This document shows, in pieces, positions 62,513 through 64,000 of a stretch of DNA of 64,000 bases. The position numbers were made by a program, and so were the translations under genes. The notes beneath the pieces are model-generated. The model searched no databases. It was not told the origin of the DNA and saw only the letters and a list, made by a program, of their open reading frames with translations. The stretch is from NCBI GenBank assembly GCA_030704615.1, contig CM060733.1, positions 69,626,001 through 69,690,000 on the forward strand. The letters run 5' to 3'. Positions within the stretch are counted from its first letter, which is position 1; each line of letters starts with the position of its first letter. This stretch comes from Takakia lepidozioides (Eukaryota; Plantae; Bryophyta).

Positions 62513-64000
62513 CTATTGCCGATACTTCTTTACAGCAAAAATCATTCCCAGATCCTCTCGCTCCGTGGTGTTGTACCTAGTCTTAGCGAATGTCAGCTGT
62601 CGACTGACGAAAGATATCGGATGATCATGGCCCTCAGTGTCTGGTTGGCAAAGGGCACATCCTACTGCCACCACTGAAGCATCAACATAAACATGAAAAG
62701 ACGTGTTCCAATCCGGAGCTGCCAAGACTGGTGCAGACACCAACCGTTCCTTGAGCATTTCAAAAGACTCCTGACACCCTACATCCCAGGAGAATACCTA
62801 GTTCTTTTTCAATAGTCGAGTTAGAGGTAATGCCTCTGCTGCATACTTGTCCATAAATTTCTTATACCACCCTGTGTGGCCAAGGAATCCCTTCACTTTG
62901 GACGACGTCTCTGGTGCGGGAAGTTCGACGATGGCGCTTACTTTTGCTGGGTCTGTCGTCACACCGTCTCTCGACACTATGTGTCCCAGTAGCAGTCCAT
63001 GTGTAACTGCAAATACGCACTTCATTGGATTGAGAGATATCCCATTTTCTCTGCACCGGGTGAAGCATTCTTGTAGTGCCACAACGTGATCCTTCGCATC
63101 CCCGTTGCAACAAAAGTCATCTAAGAAAATGACTAAATTCTTTCTCACAATGTCCGAGAAAGCATACGTCATGACCCTCTGAAATGTCAGGGGTGCGTTG
63201 CACAAGCCAAAGGGCATCCTTGTGTAGGCAAATGTTCCCCAGGGTGAGGTGAATATGGTCTTCAACACATCTTTTGGGTCGATCAACAGTTGATTGTAGC
63301 CCGAGAATCCATCCATGAAAGAGTAGAGTTCCTTCCCTACTACTTCTTCCACTAATGTGTCTATAAACGGCAAGGGAAAATGATCCTTGTGCGTTACCTT
63401 GTTAAGGGGGCGGAAGTCCACGCATACCTTTAATCCTCCGTTCTTTTTCCGAACGATCACCATGGGGGACACCCAGGCTGATCTCTCCACTGGAAAGATA
63501 AACTCAGCGGCTAGTAGGTTTTTGATTTCTGCTTTGATGAGAAGGGCCAGATTGGGATTCACCCTCATTTCTCGCTGCCGTCGTGGTGTAGCTCCCGGAA
63601 TCAGGGGAATAGAGTGCATGGCCATAGAGGGCACCCCCTTCAACTCAGTGTAGGACCACACGAAGATGTCTCTAAATTCTTTGAACAAGGCCTGATATTC
63701 TGCCGCCTGTTCTACTGTCAAATGGGATCCAACCTTCACCATCTTGGGTGATTCTCCTCCCACCGCCATATCGACTAATTGCGTTGTTGGCTCGGCTGTG
63801 AAGGTTGATCCTGGTTCAAACCTTGATCCGTTTGACCCTTGTTGTAAATATGGAATGTAGGGGGCACTATGTTTCATCACATCCCTAATTTCTAGGTCGG
63901 CCTCCTCTACAATTTGCATGTCAATGATCTCGCCGTTCTCCTCCTGAGGAATCTCCAGTTCCTGCAGACCAACCTGTCCGGCGGATATCGAGAAGAGCTC
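62513..64000 (-). mobile_element. Ty3/gypsy (non-chromovirus-like) RT and truncated RNase H
   Basis: WVSPMVIV, VCVDFRPLN, MDGFSGYNQ, MPFGLCNAP, FLDDF, YVDAS, YNTTERE. Truncated near 62513. Confidence 0.92.

Overview
Eukaryotic, TE-dense plant genomic DNA. It is most likely from a moss or another flagellate-sperm land plant, inferred from a 13-exon COP1 gene, a CCDC13-like ciliary gene and an NLR-type LRR fragment. The main finding is two decayed copies (A: 1-5504 on +; B: 35961-~43295 on -) of a Ty3/gypsy LTR retrotransposon. Its polyprotein carries a complete DNMT3-like C5 cytosine methyltransferase between protease and RT, and a PHD finger at the integrase C-terminus. The other lesions I found are private to one copy, but both copies have a stop at the same codon between DNMT and RT (TAG in A, TAA in B), followed by CAA-CCA, the CARYYA readthrough signal. 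This suggests a Gag-PR-DNMT product plus a rarer readthrough product extending into RT-RH-IN-PHD. Their 3' LTRs have an unusual repeat-spacer-repeat layout with conserved hairpins. Copy B's methyltransferase is interrupted by an antisense NLR-type LRR fragment. Also present: a near-intact non-L1 LINE, a deleted copia, a CACTA, a GCM-domain/SWIM MULE transposase, further gypsy fragments, tandem FCP1/NIF-like domains, a ceramide synthase exon and an intact COP1. All calls come from motif recognition by eye, and many boundaries are approximate.
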